This document shows, one piece after another, positions 1 through 13,376 of a DNA stretch of 64,000 nucleotides. Made by a program: the position numbers and the translations under genes. The number at the start of each line of letters is the position of its first letter. Position 1 is the stretch's first letter. Under the pieces are notes generated by a model. The model was not told the origin of the DNA and did no database searches. It was given only the letters and a program-made list of their open reading frames with translations. The stretch is from Octopus vulgaris (Eukaryota), in NCBI GenBank assembly GCA_951406725.2, contig OX597819.1, forward strand, positions 29,946,001-30,010,000, read 5' to 3'.

Positions 1-263
1 TGCAGAATTATTGTATAGTAATCGAGAAAATTTCCCCAGTAAATGAACGTTAAAATGTTATTTTAATTACCATACAAAGCAGATATGACAAGCTGCTGGC
101 AAACAACGAAAACGACGCTCAAAGTGATTTGTCATTAGCACTAATGCCACGAGAAAAAAATATGAGACGCTTCGCTGAAATGTCTCAAATTGGCAGTGAA
201 ATTTCCTTCAACTCGTATCCTACCATTTAAAACAAATAGGAAGGACACAGGGGGACAACACAA

Positions 264-704
264 GGATCTTTTCGGTTTGAACGACAGTTTTTAACATAAT
301 TTCTAGGTAACTAAAAAATTTTAAACTTCGTATACAGGTAGAATGTGTTTATAAAACATCTTTTTCTCTTGGCTTTATTGAGAAAATTCTACAGTTTGTA
401 AGATATTTGTTGTGTTTTTTTCTTCAATTTCCGCAATTTCAACCAATCAATGACGTCCATTGAGGTAAAAAACATTCTGTGCCGTATGAATATGTCCCTC
501 GTTTAAGAAACAGATTGGGTTTATTTACATTTGTGAAGAAAAAAAGATACCCTTCCCCCACCCTTAACCCTAAATCTAAACCTAACTAACCCTAACCCTA
601 AAAGAGATTGAAATGCAATAGATCGATTCTAGGGTCATAATTATGGGTAACAATTTCATATGACACCGCTAGAAAAAAAACTGCCGTTCAAACCGAAAAG
701 ATCC
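264..704. mobile_element. MITE copy 1 (Merlin-like: GG-terminal TIRs) with internal (CCCTAA)-like tract
   Basis: TIR GGATCTTTTCGGTTTGAACG(A/G)CAGTTTT at 264 and its reverse complement ending at 704; inverted relative to the copies at 30074 and 34097. No TSD visible for this copy. Confidence 0.88.
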
Positions 705-843
705 CTCCAATTATAGTCGGAAAGGTACGTTGTTTAGCTGACGTTCCAGTTATAGTGGAAAACTTACATAACTAGTTCAATTTCCAGTTATAGACTGCTA
801 GATTCATGTTTAGTGGATGTTATTGTTTGATATATATTTAAAC

Positions 844-979
844 TAGGGCTCCGCAACCGATTTGCGAGACAATGCTAGGTGTGTCGCAGTGTAATCTTTC
901 ATAATTTCAGTTCAGGTGTGTCGCCGAATTTTGAAAAGAATATGTGTACCGCAAATGAAAAAAAGGCGGCGGAGCAATG
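844..979. mobile_element. Short hAT (Charlie-type) MITE
   Basis: Degenerate TIRs tagggctccgcaacc / aaggcggcggagcaatg; 8-bp flanks atttaaac (836-843) and atctaaac (980-987) fit a hAT nTCTAGAn-type TSD. Confidence 0.65.
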
Positions 980-1352
980 ATCTAAACATGTGTAGTTGAT
1001 AGTCTAGTTACTGACTAATAGATACATTGCTACCAGTTGACCGAATCATAAAGGTATTAGTGATATACGCCTTGTTGATGTTTAAACCTTTTATTTACAA
1101 AATCATTAATCAATAGCCATCATTATATACACACGTATTTATACGCATGCACGCACACACACTCATGCATGCGCGCACAAATTTGCATATACATTTATGC
1201 ATAGTCTTGTGCATAGTGACTGGAAATAAGCGCTGGGATTGTCATGCCTAATCAGGATCTTTTATCGTAGGTAGCCCTGGAGCGAAGTACATCTTCCTTC
1301 ATACACGCACTAACACATACACACACTTATACACATTCACGTATAGATAGAT

Positions 1353-1384
<32 letters not shown>

Positions 1385-1935
1385 CTCAGAACGCTCTATT
1401 TTCTATGTTGCTATCTATGTAGTAGTCTATTGACAGTGTTGTTTAGCCCCAGAAAGTTCGTGGTTACTCATATCTATATAGATGGCTATTGACAATGTTG
1501 TTTAGCGTATGGTAGTCCCTGATCGATTAGACTTATAATCAAAAACGTTTCAAGCATAAATATCTCGCCCAGAACCAAGTGCTACATTATCCAATGTGTT
1601 CTTTATGAAAACAGTTGGTTGTGACATGAGCGAGATTGGTTTCTATTTATTGTTCAATATGTCGAGTCTCATTCGTTGGTTGTAGCTACTGAGAGTTTCT
1701 TTTCCGGCAAAGTGCATAGCCAGTGAGGAGTTACGAACGTTTGATCCTTCGACCAGTATCTTAACTTAGTTACTTGTACTTTTCAGTCCAGATTTATGAA
1801 AATCTGAGTTATTCCCAGATATTTAGAGAACAGAATTGGAAGTTATGCTATGCTCTGAATTCTCTTCTGAATTTAAATTGCATCCGAAAGATCTATACCA
1901 GTTGCCGATATAACTAACGAAGTTAAAAACAGTCG

Positions 1936-2063
1936 CCGAGATCGACTTTGCCTTTCAACTTTTCGGGATCGATAAATTAAGTACCAGTTGCGTACTGGGG
2001 TCGATCTAATCGACTGGCCCCTACTCTAAGCTTTCGGGCCTTGCGCCTAGAGTAGAAAAGAAA
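1936..2063 (+). mobile_element. 5'-truncated SINE family A (tRNA head + Nin/Deu-like central domain)
   Basis: gactttgcctttca..ttcggga tcgataaattaagtaccag core; flanked by the direct repeat ttaaaaacagtcg (1923-1935, 2064-2076). Confidence 0.8.
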
Positions 2064-2347
2064 TTAAAAACAGTCGACATAGAGTCGATTCGAGCCACCT
2101 AGATGTCTCCCAGCAAAAACGATCTTGGAACTATTTTCTTTCAATTACTTCGTCCTTTGCAATGGTAAGGCTTGAATATGCCTCATAAACTAACATTTAT
2201 CATCGTGAAAATTATCCAAGATGTCTTGTCTTATTTCAAATATCGAAGAAGAAATCCTGAGTCCATGGTCGAATACTTTTCTTGCTCTAGAGGAGAAAGA
2301 ATTAAGATGGATGTTCAACTAAAAGATGTTTATGTTTAATATTGATT

Positions 2348-2555
2348 TAAAATTTTGGCTCAAGCCCAGTAATTTCGGGTGAGTGAGCAACTCGATTACA
2401 TTGACGCGGGTTCTTAACTGGGACTTATTTTACCGTCCCCGAAAAGATAAAAGGCAGAGTCGGTCTCGACAGAATTTGAACTCAGAACGTAAAGACGGAC
2501 GAAATGCCGCTAAGCATTTTGCCGGCGTGCCGACAGTTCTACCAGCTTGCCGGCT
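2348..2555 (-). mobile_element. SINE family A, full length with 21-bp TSD
   Basis: Matches other family A copies; tgtttatgtttaatattgatt is present at both 2327-2347 and 2556-2576. Confidence 0.85.
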
Positions 2556-2586
2556 TGTTTATGTTTAATATTGATTAATAACACAG

Positions 2587-2800
2587 AAGGTGGCGAGCTT
2601 GTAGAATCTTTTGTACATCGGACAAAATCTTAACCGGAATTTCATCCGTCTTTACGTTCTGAGATTGAATTCTACCGAGGTCGAATTTACCTTTCATCCT
2701 TTCGGTGGGAGTGATAAAATAAGAACCAGGTTAACACTAGGGTCGATTTAATCCATTATACACCTCCCATGAAATTGTTGGCCTTGTCTCAAAATTTGAT
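2587..2800 (+). mobile_element. SINE family A, diverged copy
   Basis: Head aggtggcgagcttgtagaatc, core cctttcatcctttcgg..gataaaataag, tail ggccttgtctcaaaattt. Confidence 0.75.
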
Positions 2801-3139
2801 GTCAGTATTGATTAGTAATACCACAAATTTGACCACAAATTTGTATGAAATTTGTCGTCTGTGAGACGGAATCGAAGCTGGCTGATTTTGAGTTTGGATT
2901 GTTGAAATATATGAATAAATACTGCAGCTGGTTTAGTCTGACGGTCTACCTTCCCTGCAACTCCATTGCCTTTTTAAACCGAATATGATATATCAATCAT
3001 AGGATTCCCGCATTCTACATTCTTGACAATCTCACTGCCCTTCTATGTTAATAGCTGGTTCCTAAAATCAGGACAACACCTTAAATTTCAAGGAAGAAGG
3101 TACAGTTGATTATACTGATACTAGTATTTGAAAAGCATT

Positions 3140-4765
3140 TTATCGGAAGGATGAAAGTCAAAGTCAGCTTCAGAGTTGATATGAACTCAAAACGTAAAGC
3201 TACAATACTAAATAATAATGAAATAGTTTTACATTTTGTCTGTCATTCTATCAATTCAACCAAGTCATCGCCCACCTTGCAAGTTAATATTGACGTCAAA
3301 GTTTGGCACAAAGCCAGCAATTTTGGGGGAAGGGATAAGTCGTTTACATCGACCCCAATGCTCTACCGCTACTTATTGTATCCACCCCGAACGGATGAAA
3401 GGCAAAGTCAACCTCGGTGGTATTTGAACTCTGAACGCGAAGACGGACGAAATGCCCCTATGCATTTTGCCCGGCGTGCTAATGATTCTGCCAGCTCGCC
3501 GCCTTTTCTTGCAGGATAATATTCCTTTCTGCTATAAGCAGAGGTCCATAATTCTTGTGGAACAAGTTAAGTGACCCTAGCATTCGACTGGTACATATTT
3601 TATCGACCCCAAATGATTAAAGTCAACCTTGGCGGGATTTGAACATAGGACGTAAAGACGGACGAAATGCCGCTAAGTATTTTGATTGGCATGCTAACGA
3701 TTCTGCCAATTCGCTGCCTTATTACTGCAGGATGATATTGGTTTCAAATTTTGGCACAAAGCCAGCAAATACGTGGGAAGGGGAAAATCGATTATATCGA
3801 TCTCCAGATCTCAATTGGGACTTATTTTATCAAACTCAAAAGGATGAAAGGTAAGTCGACCTCGGAGAAATTTGAACTCAGAATGTGAAGACAGGCGAAA
3901 TGTCGCTAAGCATTTTGCCCGGCGTGCTTACGGTTCTGCCAGCTAATTCCCTTATTGCAGAATAATATTCTTTTCTACTCTAGGTACAGGGCCCGAAATT
4001 TTAGGGAAGGGGGCCAGTAGATTAGATCGACCCCAGTACGCAACTGGTACTTTATTTATCGACCCCGAAAGGATGAAAGGCAAAGTCGACCACGGCAGAA
4101 TTTGAACTCAGAACGTAAAGACATACGAAATACTGCTTTAAATAACAATAAACTTTTCTACTCTAGGCATAAGGCCCGAAATTTAGTGGAAATTTAGATC
4201 GACTCTAGTACGCAACTGATACTTAATTTAGCAACCCCGAAAGGATGAAAGGCAAAGTGGACCTCGGTGGAATTTGAACTCAGAACGTAAAGACAGACGA
4301 ATTACCGCTAAGCAATTCGACCAGCGTGCTGAGGTTTCTGTCAGCTCACCGCCTTATTGCAAGATATTCTTTTCTAATCTAGGCACAAGGCCCAAAATTT
4401 GGGGGGAGGGGCTAGTCGATTAGATTGACTCTAGTACGTAACTGGTACTTAATTTATCGACCCCGAAAGGATGAAAGGCAAAGTCGACCTCGGCGGAATT
4501 TGAACTCAGAACGTAGCGGCAGACGAAATACTTATTTCTTTATTACCCACAAGGGGCTAAACACAGAAAGGACAAGCACGGACAGACAAACGGATTAAGT
4601 CGATTATATCGACCCCAGTGCGTAACTGGTACTTATTTAATCGACCCCGGAAGGATGAAAGACAAAGTCGACCTCGGCGGAATTTAAGCTCAGAACGTAA
4701 TGGGAGACGAAATACGGCTACGCATTTCGCCCGGCGTGCTAACGTTTCTGCCAGGTCGCCGCATT
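3140..4765 (-). repeat. Head-to-tail array of about 8 SINE family A copies
   Basis: Repeated ~200-bp units (atcgaccccgaaaggatgaaaggcaaagtcgacctcggcggaatttgaactcagaacg), all on the minus strand, separated by a recurring TTGCA-GAT-ATATT spacer. Confidence 0.9.
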
Positions 4766-5781
4766 ATTGCAAGATAATATTCAATGATAAAAAGTGATAA
4801 AAAACACCGGAGTGTAATATGTTCTGGGTGGATCAAAACTGAAACTAGATTCGATTCTCAATTGGAAAAATTCACTTCACCTCTACAACACATAATCTCT
4901 AAAGAAGTATGATATACACAGGTTTTTGATCACCTAATTGCCATAAGTCGATTAAGAAAATAACGAATGCTGTATAAAATGGGAAATCCCTGTTGAGCGA
5001 CCATGACGTGAGGTTTCGATTCCCAGCTAGAACCATATCACTTCCTTTGCTGTAAACACCTATTACACTCACCTTATATATTAGGGTTTGGTGCATTGTA
5101 AAATAATAATGCTTATTAGATAAGAAAATGTGAACAGAGCAAAATTATAGAGTGGGAGAATTAATTTGCGAGTGTAACACGCGATCGAAGAACGGCGAAG
5201 ACAGAAGCCGTGAGTAAGTTTCTAAAATGTATAACCCCCTCCTAATTATTTGTTCTTGTTTGGCCCAGGTCATCTGTGATAGTACTGATCGATGATCAAT
5301 GACATTCCAGCCATGATCACCCACCCATTTTCCTTGCAGTAATAGTGTACTTCTGACAAAATTATCCAAGATGGTTAAGTATAGTTTGGGGAAAATTCAC
5401 TGCCGTTTTTCATAAGACGCGCGATCTCGTAAAGTCACTCCCACATTGCTTTCTAATAAGTAAATACGAGCTGTAAATGGATAGCAGATTCCCTAGGAAC
5501 CGAGTTTACGCCCCCTTTATAGAAGCGCAAAGAGAAAGAGTCACTGCCCCAACTAGCTGCTTACCTACACACTAAACGCATTGTAAAAGATTTCAACAAG
5601 TCTTCACTTCACTTGAAAACAACATTTTGAAGCGTAAGCCTCGATCCATTATTTCCAGTCATGGGATTATGTTACTTTATGAGATGAAGTAACAGAAGTT
5701 AGTGTATAATATAAGCATTATTTAGGTTATATCATGAAGCCACGTCTATGTCAGTCTGTGAGAATTCTTTATCTGTAAGTA

Positions 5782-6962
5782 CACAGACGTGACAGAAGTA
5801 AATGGACACACTTATAATCATTAACATTTATTTAAATCTGAAATTATACATTCAAATTATTTATTAATTGTTAAAATGTAAATATTTAATAGACCTTTGC
5901 ATTTTTCAATGAATATTCTCTTGAGGAATTTCTTGCCAAGTTTCATGCAGTAATCTCAAAAGATCTGGCTTTGAAGATGCTTTCTTGATCTTTTTATGAA
6001 GTGGCCTGTCCATTATGTCCCAGAGGTGTTCAATAGTGTTCATATCTAGTGACTGGCTTAGTCATGGAAGCTATTTGTTGCTATTCTCATCCAACAAATG
6101 TGTATGACAAGACGCTCCATCTTCCATAAATAAAGAGGCTTCTTTAATCATTTTACCACTGGAGAAGATTGGAAGGAGTCCTTTCTGCAATATGGACATA
6201 GATATGTCTGAGTTTATCTTTCCCTCACACTCCACCAGCTCTGATCAACCATTGCTCCAAATTGCTCCTCAGACCATCACAGAATAGCTGCCGTGTTTCA
6301 TTGTTGGCTGCAATCTTTTCACATTAAATTCTTGACCACAGTGCCTCCAGACCTACACTTGACCACTGTCAGGAAATACAGCACATCTGAACTCATTAGA
6401 GAATATCACAGTGTCCCAAAATGCCATCTCACCGGCCCAAACTTTTCTCCGCTTGGTGTTGGCTAGTCGAAGAAGGGGCTTCCTTCTTGTTGCTCTGCCT
6501 TAGTAACCAAGTTTGTGGAGATACCCGATAGCTGTTCTGAGACTGACATCAATTACTTCTACTATGTCAGAGGCCTTGCAACGAGGATTATCCTCCACAC
6601 TTCTCCTAGCAAAGAGAAGTGTCCTGCCAGTGGGCCCTGGTTGATCTCGGCAAGCTGATGTAGACTCCTCTCCCTCTCTGGTGAATTGCCCAATCACTCT
6701 ATTAATTGTAGAAAGCGAGTTCCCAAAGTTTTCTGCGATTCTACGCTATGTCCACTTTTAGAATGACCCACAATGCGACATCTTTGAAATTCAGACAGTT
6801 CCAAAGCTTATTTTGTACATGACATGATTAAACAGTCACATATAGAACCTGAAACATAACATAAAAATGTCAGTTAATAAAAAAAAATATACACCTTTAC
6901 AAATCAGAATAAACATAAAACGATGTTTTATGGTTTGTCTATTTACTTCTGTCATGTCTGTG
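5782..6962 (-). mobile_element. Tc1 DNA transposon, full length with decayed transposase
   Basis: TIRs CACAGAC(G/A)TGACAGAAGTAAAT(G/A)GACA with TA on both sides. Minus-strand motifs ELSEFQRCRIV, an HTH ORF (6500-6697), FWDTVIFSNE, FMEDGASCH and SQSLDMNTIEHLWD (DD34E-type), interrupted by stops and frameshifts. Confidence 0.93.
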
Positions 6963-6972
6963 TATATATACA

Positions 6973-7391
6973 CTTTACTCTTTTACTCTTTTACTTGTTT
7001 GAGCCATTTGACTGCGGCCATGCTGGAGCACCGCCTTTTAGTTGAGCAAATCGACCCCAGGACTTATTCTTTGTAAGCCTAGTACTTATTCTATCGGTCT
7101 CTTTTTGCCGAACCGCTAAGTTACGGGGACGTAAACACACCAGCATCGGTTGTCAAGCGATGTTGGGGGGACAAACACAGATAGACAAACAAACACACAC
7201 ACACCTATATACATATATACATATATACGACGAGCTTCTTTCAGTTTCCGTCTACCAAGTCCACTCACAAGGCTTTGGTTCGCCCGAGGCTATACTAGAA
7301 GACACTTGCCCACGGTGCCACGCAGTGGGACTGAACCCGGAACCATGTGGTTAGTAAGCAAGCTACTTACCACACAGCCACTCCTGCGCCT
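6973..7391 (-). mobile_element. SINE family B (tRNA head + CORE-like domain, internal microsatellite, (AAAAGAGT)n tail)
   Basis: Minus strand reads ggcgcaggagtggctgtgtggtaag..ggttcagtccc (A/B boxes), then a CORE-like tgggcaagtgtcttct; multiple copies in the window. Confidence 0.88.
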
Positions 7392-8048
7392 AGATATACA
7401 TCTATCTCTTTTTAGGAAAATTTACTACGTATTTTACTTTTGTATTTCTAATTCAGATAAATTCAAGTTTTCTACATCAACTTCAGTAAAACTCTAAGTT
7501 TTCTTCATCTACTTCGGAAGGCGTCGAAACAGAAGAATCCTCAGATTGTTCGATAGAATGCATTAGAGTATTTCTTCCGTCTCTCAGCATTCTACGTTCA
7601 AATTCTTTCGAAATCAAATTTGTCTCTCATCCTTTCGTGGTCGATAAAATAAAGAGAAAGGGCAATGGGGTGGACGGCAGGATTCCTAGAGCATCGATCA
7701 AGATTTGTTGAGGAGTATCTGTTCCAGTTCAAATCAATCCATTTCTAGTCACCAAGCAAAAAATAAAGTTTTTTTTTTTTTTTAATCTCTAATATTCTTG
7801 GGTCGAGAATTGCAGTCTATTGATCAGAAGAAAATAATAAAACGAAAGAAAATGAAAAACAAACTGTGACAGTTTCTTTCGTTCGATCATTACGTCGATA
7901 CTACTTCCGCAATACTTTGTTTTTCTATCTATTATCACTGAATCATATTTCCTTCGTGTAGCTCCCAAGTTCAATGAACTGGTGCTTATCACCTGGTTTC
8001 TGTACTGCTAAGCATAAAAAATAAACTGGTGATTACTGACTGTAATAC

Positions 8049-8788
8049 CTATTTCTTTACTACCCACAAGGGGCTAAACACAGAGAAGACAAACAAGGAC
8101 AAACGGTTTAAGTCGATTACATCGGCCCCATTGCGTAACTGGTACTTAATTTATCGACCCCGAAAGGATGAAAGGCCAAGTCGGCCTTGGCGGAATTTGA
8201 ACTCAGAACCTAACGGCAGACGAAATACGGCTACGCATTTCGCCCGGCGTGCTAACGTTTCTGCCAGGTCGCCGCCTTACCGACTGTAATACCACAGGTA
8301 AATGTCAATATATCACGACTCGATTTCACTATGCTAATGCTGCATGCAGCAGTAAAATATACCATACTATGATACATATTTCTTTACTATCCACAAGGGG
8401 CTAAACACAGAGGGGACAAACAAGGACAGACAAATGGACTAAGTCGATTACATCGACCCCAGTGCGCAACTGGTACTTAATTTATCGACCCCGAAAGAAT
8501 GAAAGGCAAAGTCGACTTCGGCGGAATTTGAACTCAGAACGTAATGGTAGACGAAATACCTATTTCTTTATTACCCACAAGGGGCTAAACACAGAGAGAA
8601 CAAACAAGAACAAACGGTTTAAGTCGATTACATCGACCCCAGTGCGTAACTGGTACTTAATTTATCGACCCCGAAAGGATGAAAGGCAAAGTCGACCTCG
8701 GCGGAATTTGAACTCAGAACGTAACGCAGACGAAATACCGCTAATCATTTCGCACGGCGCGTTAACGTTTCTGCCAGCTCGCCGCCTT
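8049..8788 (-). repeat. Cluster of three SINE family A copies (alternative-tail subfamily) with a duplicated ~98-bp flank
   Basis: Tail tatttctttactacccacaaggggctaaacacagag at about 8050, 8377 and 8561; 8278-8375 is duplicated at 8788-8885. Confidence 0.88.
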
Positions 8789-10181
8789 ACCGACTGTAAT
8801 ACTACAGGTAAATGTCAATATATCCCGACTCGATTTCACTATGCTAATGCTGCATGCAGCAGCAAAATATACCATACTATGATACCTACTTACGGCTACG
8901 CTCATTTGGTTAAGTATTTTTCACTGAGGATACGACGCAGTAACAATGTGTAGGAAAAGTGCCTCAGGGTATTTGTTCCGGCTACTTACGTTCTAAAATC
9001 AAACCCCACATAAAACAATGTCTTTCATTCTTCCGGCAGTCGATAAAATTGAATAATAGGCAAATATATAGATCGGTACAATCAACTGTTGCCGCCTACA
9101 AATTTCTGACCTTGTTCTTATGTTAGAAATTATATCATTACGATAATGACGACACAAAATATCTTGCAGTAATTTTAGAATATTAGAGAATTATAGAAGA
9201 CTATCGTGTAATAGAAATTTTGAATAACAATATTAGAAAGCAGTATCATTTTATGGATGCATTATTAGTGTTTAATAGATTGTCCATTTAAACATAATAC
9301 ATCAGAGCTTTTTCAAATATTTTATTCAAAATTTCAATTACGTTATTCTTCTACATAATTCTCTAAATTTTTCTTAATTTAAATTCATGTTAAATTGACA
9401 CTGTTTTTTTGAGCAATAGAGAATAAAACAAGGTAGAGGAGAAAACAATTACCATTGTAAATACCACCTCGTTTGACATGAACTTTCAGTGTGACTTTGT
9501 CTACTGATTGGAGGATTTCTCTGTCAACGGATGAGGTGGCTGATGACCTATTTCAGGAACCATCACAGGAGGATGTACAATTGAAGTACTTGCAATTTAA
9601 ATGCTGAGAACTCCACTATTGAGTTAACCAATTCTAGTAAAATTTCTCAGGAAACTCGGAGCTTTCAGGAGGAAAAAATTCCGATATGGAAGAATAGAAA
9701 TTCACGATATTATCCGTGAAAATCTGCAGGCTGCTTTGTTCTCGATACTGTTGGTCTCTATGGTAATGGCAGTGTTATAGTTCTGTTTGACTACTCCTGC
9801 AGCCCTTTCGGTATCAAAATAGACGGCATTGAGGATGTATTTATTTGATATTTATTTGATATTTATTTTGATACTTTACCTTGCGATGACTTTAAAATCC
9901 TAGCGATTATGACTGGAAAGGATATCATATATAGGATATTTAAATGTAACATAGGGAGGTTGAAGAACGAGGCGTTACATAAGGTCATATATCTTTAGCT
10001 GAGTTACAGCTGAATATTTATTTCGCGGCCTACTGTGATGTTAGCTTTCTTGGATGCATTTGTAATGGTTTTAGATATGGGTTTGAAAATAGATTAATGA
10101 TACAACCATCTGATGAGAATTAAATATGCCAACGGATTGCGTGTTAGCACCAGTGTCTATGTAACACACAAACATGCGAGA

Positions 10182-10268
<87 letters not shown>

Positions 10269-10325
10269 GAGAGAGGAAAAGTAAAAAGAAAACACAAAGA
10301 AAATGCACATTAGGTATAAGAAAAA

Positions 10326-13300
10326 CAAAGGCTTTTTTAAGAAAAGCAGTGACTTTGAATGAACACCGATTTCCAAACGCTGTTTGGTCTAATCGTACCT
10401 GAGTAAAAAGATTACATGATAGTGAGGTAAGCAGTGATGCAATTCAGGCAGATATGAATACTGGAATATGAATGGTGTATGGGATGTATTGAGATTAGTG
10501 GGATTATTGGTAAGGTTAGTTGTGTCCTGTATTAAGTTGTGTGTTCATGTTGAGCTATAGATGATATTTATTGATGAAAGTTGCCTCTTTATTTAATCTT
10601 TACTGTACTGAGGTATTCTGTGAACATTGATAAAAAGGGAAAATTAGGAAGTTCGGTTTAAGGTTCCTAGCACATCTTTCTATCTATTCACTGACCTGTG
10701 TCTGTCTATATTGTGAGTAGCGGGTTTGCTCCTTGTGAAGAGTTGTTCTTCGTCGGAGTGACATTCTTGTTTGGCCTGTATAGTGGTTTCTGCACCCTAA
10801 GCAGGTAATAGCATGGATTAAGTTTTCAGAGGCACCTACGACAACCATTTTTTAGACCTTAATCAGGGAAACAGAAATGTGAAATGGAACAAAATATATA
10901 TGAACAACCGAAAATAATCCATTTATCAAAGGAAATGCTCCGTACTACACAAACTAAAATTATAGCAAGAGGTTTGAAGTTTACGCCAACCCCACACAGA
11001 TCGAACCCGAATGAAATCAAGGATAACACTATGGATTTTTGCCGAAAATTACGCCTCACAGAAGCGCTTCACAACTACACCAGCGAAGATGACTCAATAG
11101 TAAAAACAAAAATGAATAATGTCCTATAAAAGGTGGAAATAAAGCACTTGATGACTTTTGTGAACACATTACTAATTATCCATTTAATACCCTACAAAAG
11201 CAACGAATTAAATCCAGCCTCAACACAAATGAATGGAAAAACCTAATCGAGTTAAAAAATGATATAAAACTGACCATTAAAGAAGTCGATAAAGGAAGTG
11301 CGGTAGTAGTGATGGACACAGACTACTACAAAAATTTAATACTCTCCATGTTGGAAAATAATATTTACTGAGAGGACAGAGCACTATATCCCACAGAAGA
11401 CACTTAAAAACTTATCCTCCTTACTACAAATACATGGAAAGGGTCTCACTAAAAAAGGAATTGACTATTTATCCAATTTTTATTTCCAGACCAAGTCTAT
11501 TCTGCAGATTACCTAAAATACACAAAATTCCAAGCCAATGCATTAATATTTCTCCCCCTACTGACCTCAAACTAAGACCCATCATTGCTGGTCCTGCTTG
11601 TGAAACCCACCGTTTGAGCAATTTCCTCGACATCTTACTCAACGCATTTTAAAAATATGTGAAAAGCTTCATCAGGGATGATTTAGACATACTTAACCAC
11701 ATCCCGACAACAATAAGTGAAGAAACCTTGTTTGCACCATTCGAACTTGTACACCAATATCCCACACGATTATGGTATCGAAGCAATCACCTTCTGGATG
11801 GAACACTACCCAGAAGAGATCCCAGGACGCATCAACCACAACTTCGTAATTGCAACACTGAAATTTATCCTACAGAACAACTATTTCATGTTCGATATAG
11901 TTTACCAGTGATTGCGAACCTTGTAATGGGTTATCTAGAACTTAAAATATACCAATCATCACAATTCTATTTAAAAGAGGTACTAAGATGATTGCATTAT
12001 ATTTTGAACGATAGCATGGACAAACTCCTCGATTTTTAAATAATACCCATCAATATCAGTAGTAACATACAATTCGCTATGGAACACAGCAATAAACAAC
12101 TTCCTTTTCTTGACATCTTAATTAAAATAGTCAATAACCACATCGAAACGGACAACTATAAACCCACAGATTCAAAAGAATACTTATTATTCAACTCATG
12201 CCACCCCATACACATAGAAATTAATATACCTAATAATCTAGTGATAAGAATCTGTACCATAGTTTCGGATACCAATACTTGTGAACGAAGACTCCTTGAA
12301 CTTAAATCAACGCTAATCAGGAGACATTATCCAACATCATTAATAAATGATGGGATTAAACGACCAAAGGAAATAGACATACAAACATTAATGGAAGTTA
12401 ACCGAAATACTAAACCAGATTTTAAAATACTCCCATACATCCCCACACATAACACTAGAAACAATGAGGGCTTCAACATCATCATCCAAAATCTACCTAA
12501 TCTCACTGGAGATAAAACAATAAACAAAATTTTAGGCTCGCACAAAATTATCAAGAGCAAAATGCAACCGAAATCATAGAAATAATATTAACCAGCGCAA
12601 GGCTATATCTATTAACAACGGAACCAAAAGTGAAAACATACGGGCGGCCTAACTGTGGCACATGCCCCAACTATTAGAGGAATACAGTTTCACTTTCATT
12701 TCAAGGTGAAATATTTAAGATAAAATCAAATTTCACCTGTGCTTCTGAAAATTTAATCCATGCTATTACCTGCTTAGGGTGCACTATACAGGAAAGCACT
12801 ATACAGGCCAAACAGCAATGTCACTCCGAGGTAGAAGAACTCTTCACAAAGAACAAATCCGCTAACCACCATATATACGGATACAGGTCAGTGGAAAAAT
12901 AGAAAGATGTGCGAGGAACCTTAAACCGAACTTCCTAATTTTCCCTTTTTATCAATGTTCACAGAGCACCTCAATACAGCAAAGATTAAATAAAGAGGCA
13001 ACTTTCATTAATAAATATCATCCACAATTCAACATGAACACGCAATTTAATACATGACATTACTAACCATACCAATAATCCAACTAATCCCCATGTACCC
13101 CATACACCATTCATATTCCAGTATTTATATCTGCCTGAATTGCATCACTTCCAGAAGTGCTTACCTCACTTGCATGTAATTTTTTCACACAAGTACTATT
13201 AGACCCAACACCTTTTGGAAATTGGCGTTCATTCAAAGTCACTGATCAGCTCTGACGATACCGTTATGACTTTGAATTTCTGTAATGATTCATAATAATG

Positions 13301-13376
13301 ATTTTTATACTTCATAATTCCACCCCAAATCATCTAATTGTATGTATATATCTTTGCTTTTCTTTAAAAAAAGCCG
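10326..13376 (+). mobile_element. Penelope-like retroelement (Neptune-like), decayed RT + GIY-YIG, with inverted 5' pseudo-LTR
   Basis: Fragments GLKFTPTP, IKEVDKGSAVVVMD, RLPKIHK, LRPIIAG, LYTNIPHDYG, ANLVMGYLE, YKPTDSKEYLLFNSCHP, PNCGTCP, CASENLIHAITC and YTGQT. 10326-10835 is a reverse-complement copy of about 12738-13376. Confidence 0.92.
13231..13277 (+). ncRNA. Degenerate minimal hammerhead ribozyme in the PLE pseudo-LTR
   Basis: Perfect 11-bp helix I (attcaaagtca / tgactttgaat) enclosing ctgatca..gatac cg tta; 2-3 changes from CUGAUGA/GAAAC..GUA. Confidence 0.55.

Noticed and set aside
550-600. Telomere or chromosome-end signal
   Set aside because: The CCCTAA tract is internal to a MITE repeated elsewhere in the window.
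3140-4782. Repeat-spacer pattern superficially like a CRISPR array
   Set aside because: The long units are homologous SINE copies, the context is eukaryotic and there are no cas genes.
9430-9900. Possible LINE endonuclease/RT remnant (LKYLQF.., QETR)
   Set aside because: Only isolated short words; no consistent frame.
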